Shown here piece after piece: positions 51,660 through 63,636 of a DNA stretch of 64,000 nucleotides. Under the pieces are notes generated by a model. That model was given only the letters and a program-made list of their open reading frames with translations, searched no databases and had not been told where the DNA came from. The translations under genes and the position numbers were made by a program. Source of the stretch: Octopus bimaculoides (Eukaryota); contig NC_068986.1 in NCBI RefSeq assembly GCF_001194135.2, forward strand, positions 72,161,048 through 72,225,047, in the 5' to 3' direction. How positions within the stretch are numbered: position 1 is the first letter of the stretch; every line of letters begins with the position of its first letter.

Positions 51660-52450
51660 GAATTAAGGGGACTCAACTTATATTTACCCAAATATTTAAT
51701 TCCTTTCAACGTTTACCCGTGTTTACTGCTTTCTTGCACTGTAGTTATAGCCATTGTCCCCAATGGCTTATAAATCAACAATATTGCTGCAGAAAAATGA
51801 CACCCAAGGAAGTTTTCTACATACTAAATAGAAATAAGTAAGGTCTCACATGTCCATTGTAGTGAGTTCTATCAACCGAGATAATACTAGCGTGAACCAC
51901 TTCCTCTACAGCAGTTTATTACGTTTGAAAATAAACAAATAAATAAAATAGGGGAGATAACTCGAAATTTTTCGATAATATAGACCAGGTCGTGAACATT
52001 TTATGGTAATTTTTCAGATTAACACCCGCACGATCTTCACTAGAGTGTTAGGGTTAGGGTTAGTTTTAGAGTTAGAGTTAGGGAATTCCGTCCCTAACCG
52101 TAACCCTAAACACTAACCCTAACACCCTAGTGAAGATCGTGCGGGTGTTAATCTGAAAAATTACCCTTTTTAGTGCCCGAAGAGTAAATTTTAAGATTTT
52201 ATTTTTATTTTATTAACTATCGCAGTCTGCATAGTATTTTGTTGTGAAAAATTACCACTTCCGTCTGTACTTCTTTCCCGAGATTGTCTAAGCCATAGTT
52301 TTGTTCATGCACCAATAAATTAAACCCAGAAGCTAACTATAACAAGTGCGTGGTTTCCCGGTCTGTGGTGCAAAATGGTTAGGAATCATTGACGTAGGCA
52401 ATAGAAATCTGAGTGAACAGACATATTTTTGTCTTAGGCCTCATTGAAGT
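51660..52450. promoter_or_regulatory. Putative TM2D2 promoter / CpG-retaining region, possibly bidirectional
   Basis: Lies directly 5' of the ATG. Visibly more CpG than the introns. ETS-like ACTTCCG near 52257, CAAAATGG near 52371 and TGACGT near 52390. TSS not determinable from sequence. Confidence 0.45.
52005..52165. mobile_element. 161-bp fold-back MITE with internal telomeric hexamers
   Basis: 39-bp perfect arms, extending to 53 bp with one mismatch. GGTA...TACC termini. TTAGGG-type repeats in the left half and CCCTAA-type in the right. Possible decayed 8-bp TSD CATTTTAT/CTTTTTAG. Confidence 0.75.
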
Positions 52451-52698
52451 ATATCCTGTTCACTTAGCCAGAATAGGAATATTCAGGAATAGAAGACGCT
52501 GGTTATGAACATCTACAATACATCGAGAGGAAAATACTTCATGGAAACGTCCTTCATTCTAAACACGAATACACTGAGTTGAAAACAAAAGGTTATATGC
52601 TAAAGTTTTGTGCTCCTTTTGACTTTGCATCCTCATAACTTTATAAAAATTGCTTAATTTTTTATGAAATTTTGCTGAGCTACGTTTTTGAGGATGTA

Positions 52699-53120
52699 TT
52701 AGGTCGGCAAGAAAGTAATTTCATTTTTAGCAAATAGAGTTACGATTTTTTTAAATGTCTTTTGCCAATGTTGTGATTTTTTTCCTTTTGACATTTGATA
52801 GCCGTTACTTTTAGCTTACTTTAGAAGCAAATTGCGCGTGATTTTGTTTACAGCTGTTAGTTCAGTATCAATTTTAAAATGGAGTGCAAAAACAAACATT
52901 TTCACCATATTTTGCTTTTTTAATTCCGTAAAGGCAAGAAAGCTGCTGAGGCTCACAAAAGAGATGTGTGAAGTTTATGGTGTTGATTGCTTAACAGAAC
53001 GCACATGTCAGAAATGGTTTTAAAAATTCCGTTCTGGAGATTTTTTCTTCAAAAATTACCAATGTTCTGGTGGCCCTACTGAAATTGATGACGACCGAAT
53101 CAAAGTTATAATTGAATCAT
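52699..53120 (+). mobile_element. Mariner transposon 5' fragment
   Basis: TA|TTAGGTCGGCAAGAAAGTAATT terminus. MECKNKHFHHILLF...KGKKAAEA..EMCEVYGVDCLTERTCQKWF.KFRSGD HTH region. Confidence 0.85.
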
Positions 53121-53708
53121 NNNNNNNNNNNNNNNNNNNNNNNNNNNNNNNNNNNNNNNNNNNNNNNNNNNNNNNNNNNNNNNNNNNNNNNNNNNNNNNN
53201 NNNNNNNNNNNNNNNNNNNNNNNNNNNNNNNNNNNNNNNNNNNNNNNNNNNNNNNNNNNNNNNNNNNNNNNNNNNNNNNNNNNNNNNNNNNNNNNNNNNN
53301 NNNNNNNNNNNNNNNNNNNNNNNNNNNNNNNNNNNNNNNNNNNNNNNNNNNNNNNNNNNNNNNNNNNNNNNNNNNNNNNNNNNNNNNNNNNNNNNNNNNN
53401 NNNNNNNNNNNNNNNNNNNNNNNNNNNNNNNNNNNNNNNNNNNNNNNNNNNNNNNNNNNNNNNNNNNNNNNNNNNNNNNNNNNNNNNNNNNNNNNNNNNN
53501 NNNNNNNNNNNNNNNNNNNNNNNNNNNNNNNNNNNNNNNNNNNNNNNNNNNNNNNNNNNNNNNNNNNNNNNNNNNNNNNNNNNNNNNNNNNNNNNNNNNN
53601 NNNNNNNNNNNNNNNNNNNNNNNNNNNNNNNNNNNNNNNNNNNNNNNNNNNNNNNNNNNNNNNNNNNNNNNNNNNNNNNNNNNNNNNNNNNNNNNNNNNN
53701 NNNNNNNN

Positions 53709-54008
53709 CAAGCATTCTTTCCCATAAACTGAGTGTATGTTTTGAGTTGCTTTGGCTGCAGAGTTTCCTTTTTTGTACTCATAAAGCATTATGTGCCTCA
53801 AATGCTCTTTGCATACTTCCATGTTAGAAAGGGTTTTAATCAAAGAAATTTTAATTCTATTATTCTGTAAAATAATATTTAATTAGTTTAAATGTACACA
53901 AATGCATAAAAATAATTTTTAATTCCATTAGGCATTCTAAAGTACTATTAAATTTCATTCAATTTTAAAAAAGGTAAAATCGGACAGAACTTATGGGATG
54001 ACTTGATA
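53709..54008 (-). mobile_element. Second, different mariner 5' fragment in the opposite orientation
   Basis: MEVCKEHLRHIMLYEYKKGNSAAKATQNIHSVYGKECL. Terminus TATCAAGTCATCCCATAAGTTCTGTCCG on the minus strand. Confidence 0.85.
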
Positions 54009-54014
54009 TAATGC

Positions 54015-55500
54015 TTACCCTCAAAACTTATGATATTCCTAAGGCTTACCTTAAATCTTAAAGACAATACCAAACCTAATACTTAGTCCTAGATGTTAAT
54101 GCTAAAATATATTGAACCTAACAATAGTCTGTACCTTATCTTTAAGGCTTCCATAATGTAATGAACACAAAAACATTCTAAGAGACTATAAAAATAAGTT
54201 GGAAATTATTGCATGTTATTTAATTTCGAATCAGTGATAACAATGAAAAGATTCATAACATTTCCAATGGCCTACAAATGCATGCAACCATCAAATGTAA
54301 AAACGAAATTTTGCACCCCTAACACAAAATAAAACTACACAGAAATCAAATGCTAACCTTCCTAGGTTGCAAGAGTTGTTTTGAGTGATAAAGTTAAGTT
54401 GTGTTTGAAATGGAATTTGGTTTTCATTTATGGATTTAAATTTAGCTTTAAGTATTGGATTAGAGTTCCTCTTCACTTACTGTTATGTTGAAGATGATGC
54501 TCAGTTTTAAAGTTAGTGTAATCTAAAAGGGTAGGAAAATTTTAATGTACTCTGAGTGAAGACAAAATTCCAAAATAATAATTTGTATACTTTCTATATT
54601 TTCTGCAGTTGAACAAAAGCTTCCGCTTGTTGATTACAAAGTTATCATTTGTATCATTCTATATTTTCTAAAGTAGAATCTAACAAATTTCCTTTGTAGA
54701 TTTGAAACAAGATGATTTTTCTATATCCTGTAGATGTGAACACATTTCAAGTGAAATGGAATAATTCTCAAGATATCTGAAATAAGAGAAATTTTCATAC
54801 CTGCTTTGAAACTATGAAAATTCCCACTTTAACAATTCACAATTGTTTCAACGAGATCTAAAATTTTAATTTTCTTTCAGATATGTTTTAGTTGACATTT
54901 CCAATTTCTAAAAGAAATTATTTTAGAAAATTGTCATTTGAAGAAGATTATTTTTAACTTTTTCATAAAATAAACATAAACTATCCATCTGAATTACTTG
55001 AAACCTAATACTCAGCCTAAAAGTACACTTGAAGACAAGACTAAACCTAACCCTACTCTAACTCGTAAACATTACCATATCCTTAAGATCAACAAAAATC
55101 ATAAACTTTCACTTACTTTAATTCTAATCGTAAGCTTGAACCTAAACCTAATTCTACATAAGTGTAATTTAAAACTTACCCCAATGAAGCTGAAACTAAA
55201 CATCATGCAAAACTTATCTCAAAATGAAAACCTATCTTTAACCTAATGCATTGGGACTTTTAGATATCCTCCCTTTTTTTTAAGCAAAAACTCCTGTTAA
55301 TGTTTCAAATGAAGATGTCATAGACAACACTAATTTCTAAACATCAGTTGTCACCCATAACAAAACACAAAACTACTCTGAAATGGAATCAACCTCTAAT
55401 CTAATATTTGGTCACATACTAAACCTGTCACTAACCATAAAACTTAACCTAATGTTGACTTCAAAATTCCCTTGATAAAGCTAATTCTAAAGAGATACTA
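54015..55500. repeat. Patches of highly degenerate hexamer repeats related to (AACCCT)n
   Basis: TAA/CTAA spaced about 6 nt apart at 54015-54150, 55000-55250 and 55330-55500, with the complementary strand at 54360-54535. Gives the alternating LTLILIVSLNLNLIL pattern in ORF 54998-55246. Confidence 0.5.
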
Positions 55501-58500
55501 ATCCCCAGCCCAAATTTATCATGTTAGGTTAACATTGGTTTCAAATTTTGGCACAAGACCAGCAATTTGGGGGGAAGGAGTAAGTCAATTACATCAACCT
55601 TAGTGCTCAACTAGTACTTATTTTATTGATCCCCAAAAGGACGAAGAGTAAATTCAACCTCAGCAGAATTTGAACTCAGTATGTTAAGTTAATATTAACT
55701 GATGTTGGCATTATGCATTAAACAGACAGCCCTGAAAAACATTTTAAACAAAAATTTCAAATGTGCATAATTTCATATATTTCTAGGTGTGTTCCATGGT
55801 TTTAAATGAAGATACTAGGCAATTGCATAAAAATGTTGAGAAATTTTCACCTTTAAACGTCATTATGTAGACCTGAAACAACCAAAAGCAGATCCTAACA
55901 CTAAAGCTATTGAGAAAGCTAAGACTGTCCTAACACAAATGCTCAGATGAATTTTACCAAAATTCAGATATTCTCACTTTTCAAGCAGTTTTCAGCAAAT
56001 ATTTTAATTCTATGTCAGTTTCAGATTACTGTATAATCTCCCTGATATTTCAACTGTACTTCATAAGCCACTACTGAAAATATTAAATTTCTTCAACTTG
56101 TAGAATTCTCAGGTACAAGAAAATTTCAAATTACCTGTTTTAGCATGTCTAGAAATGTAACAAAATGATTAATTATCAAGCTATTTGAAACAAAGAAAAT
56201 TTCATACATGCATAAGCAACAAGAAATTGTTTTTAGTAACAGATCTAAAATTGTAATTTTCACTCAGATCTGCTCACTTAAACCCAGTTTATGCCTAAGG
56301 CCTAACAACACAAATCTGCTTCATCTTAAGTCATGTGGTTATGGGATATGGCAAAGTAGCAGATGAGAATGCATTAACCACAGTACTTTCAAACTTGCAC
56401 ACAAGTAGCTTGGGCTATATCATTATTCTTCATTGAAACTGAAGCAGAAACAGAGTCTGACAGTCCTCTGAGCAACTGACATGATCTTTCTAGGACTCCA
56501 CAACACACCTTCATTGTCTGAAAAGGGAATATAAATGGTGATCTAAACATTATTGACTTTGATTACACTGGATAGTTAAATGCCACAAGAAGAGGCTCAA
56601 AATAATATAATCAATTAAAATCATAGTATGGCTACATTCCAATGACTGAAACCAATAAAATAACATGTTTATGTCTGAATAAAAAATATATGCATGTATT
56701 TATACATATATCTGTAATGTGCACAGATTAAAGAGTGTATAAATTGTATTTCTCTTTAAATAGAGAGATAAAAGAAAACCAGGATGATTGGGTAAAAGGA
56801 ACAAGAGTATGATAGTAAAAACAAAATGATTGGATGGGGGTGGAAAAGAAGAGAAGTGATGTTGATACTTTGTACAGAAAGATTGATTGCCAAGTATATC
56901 GAGGACAGGATAGTGGTATGAAGGAGAGTGAATGCAAGCAGGTCTAGTGCCATCCCTCATTACACAAGAGTATGGCACAGGGAGAAGGGAGCAAATGTTA
57001 GAGATGAGATAATCAGAGGGGTATAATGGCATTACAATACAGGCAGCATAGTACAGTAAATGGGTAAGATTCTTTGGTGTTCTTGAAATATTAATTTTAT
57101 TGATTCATTTACATTTTGACTTGAAAAATCTACTTTTAAGCCAATGTCACATTGACTCTAAAATGTATATGAAATTTATTTTTATTTTTCTGTTTCCTGC
57201 AAATGTATTTAGTTCTCTTTTATTTCCTTGTGAAACTAATATTTCTAATATTTTCAAGAATAGATTAGTAATGCATATATGAGCTTTTTGTGTGTTTAGC
57301 AGAATATACTCAGTTGCAAGAACATGAGCCAAGTTTGTAATACCAAGAAAACTTCTTTCTTTCCTCCCACCATTCTAGGAGGTCCTGAAAAAGACCATGG
57401 TGATTTAGCTCCATTTAACCAACAACCTCTGCTTAGAGGTCTACTCAAGAGGTGACAAGATCAACAAAAGAAAAGAACAATCACCAAAATCAGTACACCC
57501 ACAGATACTATGAAATCCTCATGAAGTTTTTTCTTTGCCCATTAATTTAGATTCTATGATGTATTTGTTTTTTTATGCTTAAATCAGAAAAAGGACAGCA
57601 GGAGTTAATTTTTTACATGGTCTCTGAGACAAGTGAAAGACAGTTATAAGTATAAATAGCCCAAATGCTTACACACAAAGTCAGCTTAAGTTGACTGGTT
57701 GTGACATTAAACTGGGTATTGGACTTCATCTACCATTCAAGAATAGGAACAATCATTTTAGTGAGCTTTCACAGTTTCTGTCTACCATGTTTAACTCACA
57801 AGGCTTTTGTAGAAGACATTTGTGCAAGATGCCATGTAGTAGGATTGATTCTAATATTATATGCTAAAATAAATTTCTGAAGTACACTTCTGTCTCCTAA
57901 TTACTGGCCTGATAAAAAGATATTTGTGGGAAGATATCTGGTCATTGAGTGTGAGACAGGAAATGTTGTAGATTGATATTCAAGTACTGTATTAATAAGA
58001 ACACCAACAGTTTTCTGGACATAAGCTAGCTGCATTATAGGAAACATAAACACAAGAGTTAACTTTTCCACACTGAGTGTATTGTGAAATTCTTTAATGT
58101 GCAGCAGTAAAACATGTTTATCAACAAAAGAGTAACTGGTTCTCAGAACAATCCTTTCTAATACCTGGTTGTGGCAATCAAGATTTCTTTCTTTTCTCTT
58201 ATTGAAAGTCATTTCATATAAATGTAAAATTAGAATAAATGTTTTTTGAAGTGTTTTTACAATTGTTCAAAGCAGAAGAAAAATACATACAAGGTCACTA
58301 GATTTAGTCATCAGTGGGTTCTAGAACTTGTTTTAAACTATGTAGACATTCCTGTAACAGTGAAATATATATGCTAAAATATTCTAAACATTGAAAAATA
58401 TAATAGATAAAGTTAGAAAATTCAATGCACAAACGAAGCTGAGTAGAAAGAAGTTTGCGTCTTAACTACATGGTTCCAGGTTCAGTCCCACAGCATGGCA

Positions 58501-60569
58501 CCTTGGACAAGTGTCTTTAACTAAAGTCTAGAGTCGACCAAAGCCTTGTGAATGGATTTGTTAGACAGAAACTGTGTGTGTGTATGTGCCAAATCGGCCG
58601 ATGAAATCCTTTGAGTTATATATTTCTGCATCCCGAATGAAAATCTCAGTGAGCTCCACTTTGCCCTTCACCCTTCTGGGATCCATATATAAAGTAATGA
58701 TCTAAGGCAGTGGGTCGGCAGATATATTAGAGCGTCAGACGGGATGCCGTATTCTATTTGTTGCAGGTCTTTGTGTTCCGAGTCTAAATCCCACGATGGT
58801 CTGCTTGGAGAGTAGATTTAATCTGTCTCCCAGTTTAACAACTTGGTTCCTTAGTGCTTTTAGAGGAGCCACTCTCTTTTCAGTAACCAGACCAGGTTTC
58901 CAGTTTAAGAATACCTCCTTCTCTCCCTTCCATCAGTCTCGGAGGCCCTTGTAAACACCAGCAACAAGTTTATTTCTTTATTAATTTTATTCAAAATGTA
59001 CAAACATTTTATTAACCTATTAACACTGTATAGATATTCTCAATATAATTATTCGGGCATATTTTTAAAAATGAAGAGATTGAGAATAAGTTACCCAGGA
59101 GTGCGTTAAGTCAGATTCATGAACTCATATTTTTAGTAATGTAAACAAAGCAAGTAAAATCTCAGTTTCTTCATAAGAATTGATAGTTCATAATGAGTGT
59201 CTGTTTTCTAACGAAAATTCAAACCTAAACTCTACCCAATAAAAACTAGTCCTGAAATATAACTTCTAATTTCTGTCTGAGCGGGTTGCCCTCTCTTCTT
59301 CGCGGAGCAAAGGAGTTGTAAGGAAATATGCAACCAAAAGAAAACAAATATTTAAGAGAGAGAGAAGGGGGAAGAGAGAGAAACGGAGATATGCAGAGAG
59401 AAAAGAAGAGTGCGTTTATGCCTGTTGAGAAAAATGACACAGAAAGAAAGAGTGTGAGTGAGCGAGCGTATGTGAAGAAAAAGAGTGTGTGTGTGTGTGT
59501 TTGTATATGTATGTGTGTGAGTGCGCATGTGTAAAAAGAGAGGGAGAGAGGAGAGGAAAGAAAGGAAGAGAAAAGATGTGTTGAAGAGTATTGCAACAAA
59601 CCAACTTCCGGTTATAATCAAGGGAAATAACTTCTGTAATTGTCATAACATATAAATGACTAAGGTTAGTAATAATAACGTTTCATTTATTTCTGTTTAT
59701 TTATACAAGATATCTCCATCAGAATTATTTTACTTTTCAGTATCAAATGCTTGTTTACTATAAATGATCAAACTGTAATGCTATGGATAATCTCAGTTAA
59801 TCGAACTTTTTTCAATTCACTCTATTACATATGTGACACCCTACTATAGTTGTAATTTTTGTTTTAATTACTTGGTTAAGCTTAATTTAAATATGACTAC
59901 TTTTTGCTAGAAAAACGCACATATGTCCTCAACATATCTTTCAACTAGTAATATCCAGTTTTGTAATTTAAAGGCCCTAATTCATTTGACGTTAGAGAGC
60001 TGGTTTTTAACGTGAAGTAGGTGAGGGCCATTAACTAGAAATACTTTTGATTTAGGTGTTTCTTATCACTTTCTTTTTAATTGTATTAATTGATGTTTTC
60101 GAACAATGTGCTATTTTAAACACAATTATTAAAATCAAACCAAATTAGAATGTTTTGATCCTTAGGATAATTTTCGGATAACACAGAGGATTGAGTATAT
60201 ATAACAATTTATTTTGATGCAAATTTTTCAATATTTCTTGTAAGTTGATTAATATATTTTAGTTACAAACATTACAAACGATTTTCATGAATGAAAGTAG
60301 ATGCCATATTTAGAAAGAATTCAAAATCATATATTAAAGATGATTATAATTTATTTCTGTTAATTCCATATGTGTATAATATACTACATGCCCATATGCA
60401 AGCGTTTAATGTCACTATTGTCAATATAATGGGACTGACATCAAATAAAGGTCTCGGCATTGATTAACAATGTTAATGTTATATTAGACATTTATGTCAG
60501 AAATGCCTTCTTCCAGCTTTTTTGTACAGAGAAAGTCAATGAACCCTATTATCAAAAATAAAATTAAAA

Positions 60570-60800
60570 GAGTGGTTTGAAAAATTTTGGCAATTTTGTC
60601 CACCTCATTGGTGTTTTGATGCTGTCGCTTGTAAACATATCCTTTAATTGCGCTTCTCCAAAAAATCCAGAGTAGGTGGATTTGAGTTTCTTGCAGGCCT
60701 GGACCAGAGTAGCCAACCCTTTTTTCATGAAATGTGTCATTTAGGAACTTCTTTTATAATTTCCAGTATCGAGAGCTCCATCCTCTTAGAATTAGGTTCT
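60570..60800 (-). mobile_element. Tc1/mariner-superfamily transposase C-terminal remnant
   Basis: F*EDGA (FQQDGA), FLNDTFHEKRVG and AIKGYVYK remnants around a decayed WPARSPDL.PLDF motif. Confidence 0.5.
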
Positions 60801-61109
60801 GCTCAACCGTCAGACTAAATACAAAGACAGGTTTGTCATGATTGGAGTGCCATTGGTTAGAGATCTGCTCGATCAGGGGAAAGTTGGGGTTAAACAATAA
60901 TCCCTGCAAATGGGTAGATTGTCTTATTGTTCTCGATGGAATTATACATAATTTTTAATGTCCACTTTTCGTATCTTGGTTTTCCTGTCGCCAACTGTCG
61001 CCTGTTTCTTAGCAAAACAATATTTCCTTTAGTGCTTGAAACACGAACAGCACTATGGCTGTTTTCACAGAAGAATACAAATAGATACCACCTATACGTC
61101 AGTAAAGTT

Positions 61110-61278
61110 GGTACTACTAAAGCAGCGCGGACCCGAACGCGCTAGCTAGTCGTGAGTGGTCGATCCTAACCCTAACCCTAAACACGTATTCATTTGCACA
61201 CGCGTGTTAGGGTTAGGGTTAGGATCGACCACTCAAGACTAGCTAGCGCGTTCGGGTCCGCGCTGCTTTAGTTGTACC
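61110..61278. mobile_element. 169-bp fold-back MITE with telomeric hexamers and a perfect 8-bp TSD
   Basis: About 72-bp arms with two mismatches. GGTAC...GTACC termini. CCTAAC repeats on the left and GTTAGG repeats on the right. TSD GTAAAGTT at 61102-61109 and 61279-61286. Confidence 0.88.
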
Positions 61279-61389
61279 GTAAAGTTTGTTTACATTTAGC
61301 ATGCAGTTTCAAGACTAGGAAAGAAATCCACACCCTCATGTATGCGCGCGCTCACACACTCATATATATATATATATATATACATGCAT

Positions 61390-61724
61390 ATATGGGTACA
61401 GGATATCAAAAAAACGTTAACCACAATGAGAAACGAAAACAGAAAGCGAACTTTTTTTCGAACAACGAAAAAAACAGAGAAACGAGACATGCAACATAAA
61501 GAATATTCCCCTTCATCAGTTGTCCCTGTTTCATCTGCTCCGCATTTCGAAGATAAGGACAATACGCGACTTCGTTGGAAGAGCTACCTTGCTCACAATT
61601 GCTGTAGCCATACTACATTGCACAATATACAAGCGAACAAACAAATTAAATAAAATTTGAGGTTTTTTGCAGAGGGTGAAAGTGGTAACAAAAACAAGAT
61701 AGTAAAAACAAACGGTGAGGGCTG
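61390..61724 (-). mobile_element. Penelope-type terminal repeat (homolog of 10203-10520)
   Basis: Colinear with 10203-10520 except for a 62-bp replacement segment. Confidence 0.6.
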
Positions 61725-62714
61725 GTGTGTGTGTGTGTGTGTATGTATATATATATATATATATGTGTGTATGTGCACTACGGGATTCTTTGTTTCCATC
61801 TACCAAATCTACCTACAAGACTTTGGCTGACCTGAGGTTATAGTAAACACTTGCCTAAGGTGCCGTGCAGTGGAACTGGACCCAGACCCGTGTGGTTGTG
61901 TTGTAAACTTCGCAACAACACATCCATGCCTGCACACACACGCTGGTGTGCATATTTACATAAATATTCTCGAAGATGTTATGAAAAAATGTAATATTAA
62001 AAGCGTTACATGAATCATTTGTTTTCTTTTAGTAATTATTAAGTGTGCTGTTGACAAGGTACATTACTCTGACTGTTGTGTGCTTTGCTGGTACTAAGCT
62101 TAATTTCTATTCTGTAGCTTCTTTCATTTTTACTGCAGCAGACAGATGGACTTGTAGTTGGTGTCTGATCCATTGATCATTACTCTAGACATAGACTGTT
62201 ACAACCTATTTGACAACATTAAGATGCTCCCACCCACTTACAATCATTGTTTAGTCTAAAGTCAGCCCTGATCAAGCAAACCCATAATCAATTCTGTTCC
62301 AACCAGAACTATCCTGTCTTTGTATTATAGGTATGAGTTCACAGGCCAATATTTCTTTCATTTTTCAAAATGGTAGAATGTTATTTGTGGGAGATTAGGC
62401 TACTCTTTTTAACAGGTTGATGCTTGTTTGTTCACTTGTATATTGTGCAATGTAGTATGGCTACAGCAATTGTGAGCAAGGTAGCCTTGGGCACAGATCT
62501 AATTGTGCTTGTAACAGAATCAGGAAAGATGGGCTTGGTTGGTGATCAAGCCTAGTTTTTGGATAGAGGGTTGAATATTAGGTGTCCAGCTCTAAAACAA
62601 TGGACAGCTTTTCATTCTTTATTAGAGAATAAAATTCAGTTGGCTATTTACTGGTAACTCTAACAAAGAATTAATATTCAGAGCATTTAACTGACACCCC
62701 AATTATGTCTATGA

Positions 62715-63010
62715 GTGTTCCAGTAGATCCAATCAACAGAACAGCTTGCTCATGAAATTAATGTGCAAGTGGCCGAGCACTCCACAGATACATGTACCCT
62801 TAATGTAGTTCTCAGGGAGATTTAGCATGACGCAGAACATGATATAGCTGGCCCTTTGAAATACAGGTACTACTCATTTTTGCCAACTGAGTAGACTGGA
62901 AAAACATGAAATAAAGTGTCTTGCTCATGGACAAAACATGTTGACGGGTATCAAACTCACAACCTTATGATCATAAGCCAAATATCCTAATCATTAAGCC
63001 ACACACCTTC
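62715..63010 (-). mobile_element. SINE with head type B and the family-A body
   Basis: Homologous to 3727-4019. Confidence 0.75.
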
Positions 63011-63468
63011 ACATCATTCAGAGCATTTAGATTTTGAAAGATTATCTGGAGCCAAAGGTTTAATATTTGTGTATGATGTATAACAATTGTAAAAATATGC
63101 TGAATGGATTTAAACTCTATATAGTTTTGAACTTAAATTATTAGAGCCCTTCATTTGACAAAACCAGTTTAACAAGCTGTCTTGTTAGCTTCTTTAAGAA
63201 CTCTCTTTAACATAAATTTACCTCAGTTTTCATTTGCACTGCACTAACAGTATGAGATGGCTGTGCAGCTTTCATGCAAATACTTTGTGTACCTTTACCA
63301 TAATATTTAACTTTAAATAGGAATAACATCATTAAATTCTGCATCATGGGACATGCCTACATAAAAATAAAACTAAGGAGAATATGTCCACTGCTAGAAA
63401 CAGCTATCATATGCCATAATTCCATTCAAGCTGCAGTTAGTAGCACTATCTAACAATAAGTAATTTAA

Positions 63469-63636
63469 CTCTTTAGTAGTCAAATTGGCCAGATCCAGCC
63501 TAAATATCTTACATGTTTTATATTCAATCCAGCCAGATGCAGCCTTTCATACCTACCCTAAAATGTCTTTCTAAAAATAAACATTCAACATCAAAATCTT
63601 GAAGTTACAAGATAATGCATGAATAATTCAAAACAA
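63469..63636 (+). mobile_element. piggyBac-type MITE, right end cut by an RTE tail
   Basis: TTAA|CTCTTTAGT start, homologous to 14670-14825 and then joined directly to sequence homologous to 16070-16087. Confidence 0.7.

Noticed and set aside
57379-57451. Candidate 73-nt plus-strand exon (GGPEKDHGDLAPFNQQPLLRGLLK)
   Set aside because: Good acceptor but weak donor, no recognisable protein family and no phase-compatible neighbours.
30087-59635. Recurring motif AGGG(A/G)(A/G)ATAACT at about 30090, 51950 and 59620
   Set aside because: Too short and too few copies to support an element; no shared flanks were seen.
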